Source: an uncultured Chloroflexia bacterium
GTDB lineage: Bacteria; Chloroflexota; Anaerolineae; CG2-30-64-16
Length of the DNA stretch: 64,000 bases
NCBI GenBank assembly: GCA_963774265.1
Contig: CAVZDU010000010.1
Coordinates: forward strand, 1 to 64,000
Direction of reading: 5' to 3'
Shown: one piece after another, positions 63,711 to 64,000 of the stretch
Layout of the letters: each line of letters starts with the position of its first letter
Position numbering within the stretch: position 1 is the first letter of the stretch
Program-made: the position numbers and the translations under genes
Notes under the pieces: generated by a model
What the model was told of the DNA's origin: nothing
Database searches by the model: none
Seen by the model: the letters and a program-made list of their open reading frames with translations, nothing else

Positions 63711-64000
<290 letters not shown>

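Overview
A GC-rich, gene-dense bacterial chromosome segment. Gene content suggests Chloroflexota (Anaerolineae/Caldilineae-like), but that is inference. There are no rRNA/tRNA genes, CRISPR arrays or transposases. Several otherwise intact genes carry 1-2 nt frameshifts, which most likely are long-read assembly errors. From left to right: (1) a minus-strand sugar-catabolic operon led by a panB-like gene and an unknown 426-aa protein, with two PfkB kinases, an MFS transporter, a class I aldolase, a fucose/arabinose-isomerase-family protein and a split transketolase; (2) PPi-type phosphofructokinase and a thioesterase; (3) GT2/GT-C glycosylation genes, amaP and scpB, followed by two tandem genes that each fuse an XRE-type HTH to an Hfq/Sm-like domain; (4) a PIG-L deacetylase, a GlyA-GcvT fusion and two degenerate PhcB-like methyltransferases; (5) an ECF transporter with a PfkB kinase; (6) a complete kdpFABC-DE locus with extra small membrane ORFs; (7) an 8-oxoguanine-deaminase-like amidohydrolase and nadC-nadA, then a ~17-kb GntR-led cluster, then nadB. 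That cluster encodes two pyrrolysine-free MtmB-family methyltransferases, two corrinoid proteins, a BMP-type nucleoside/purine ABC importer, an XdhD/YgfM-like molybdo-hydroxylase and a RACo/RamA-type corrinoid activator; (8) a HAD phosphatase, an MFS transporter and the start of a GH1 glucosidase. The best candidates for undescribed systems are the B12-dependent N-demethylation cluster (methylpurine or N-methylpyridine substrate) and the HTH-Hfq gene pair.
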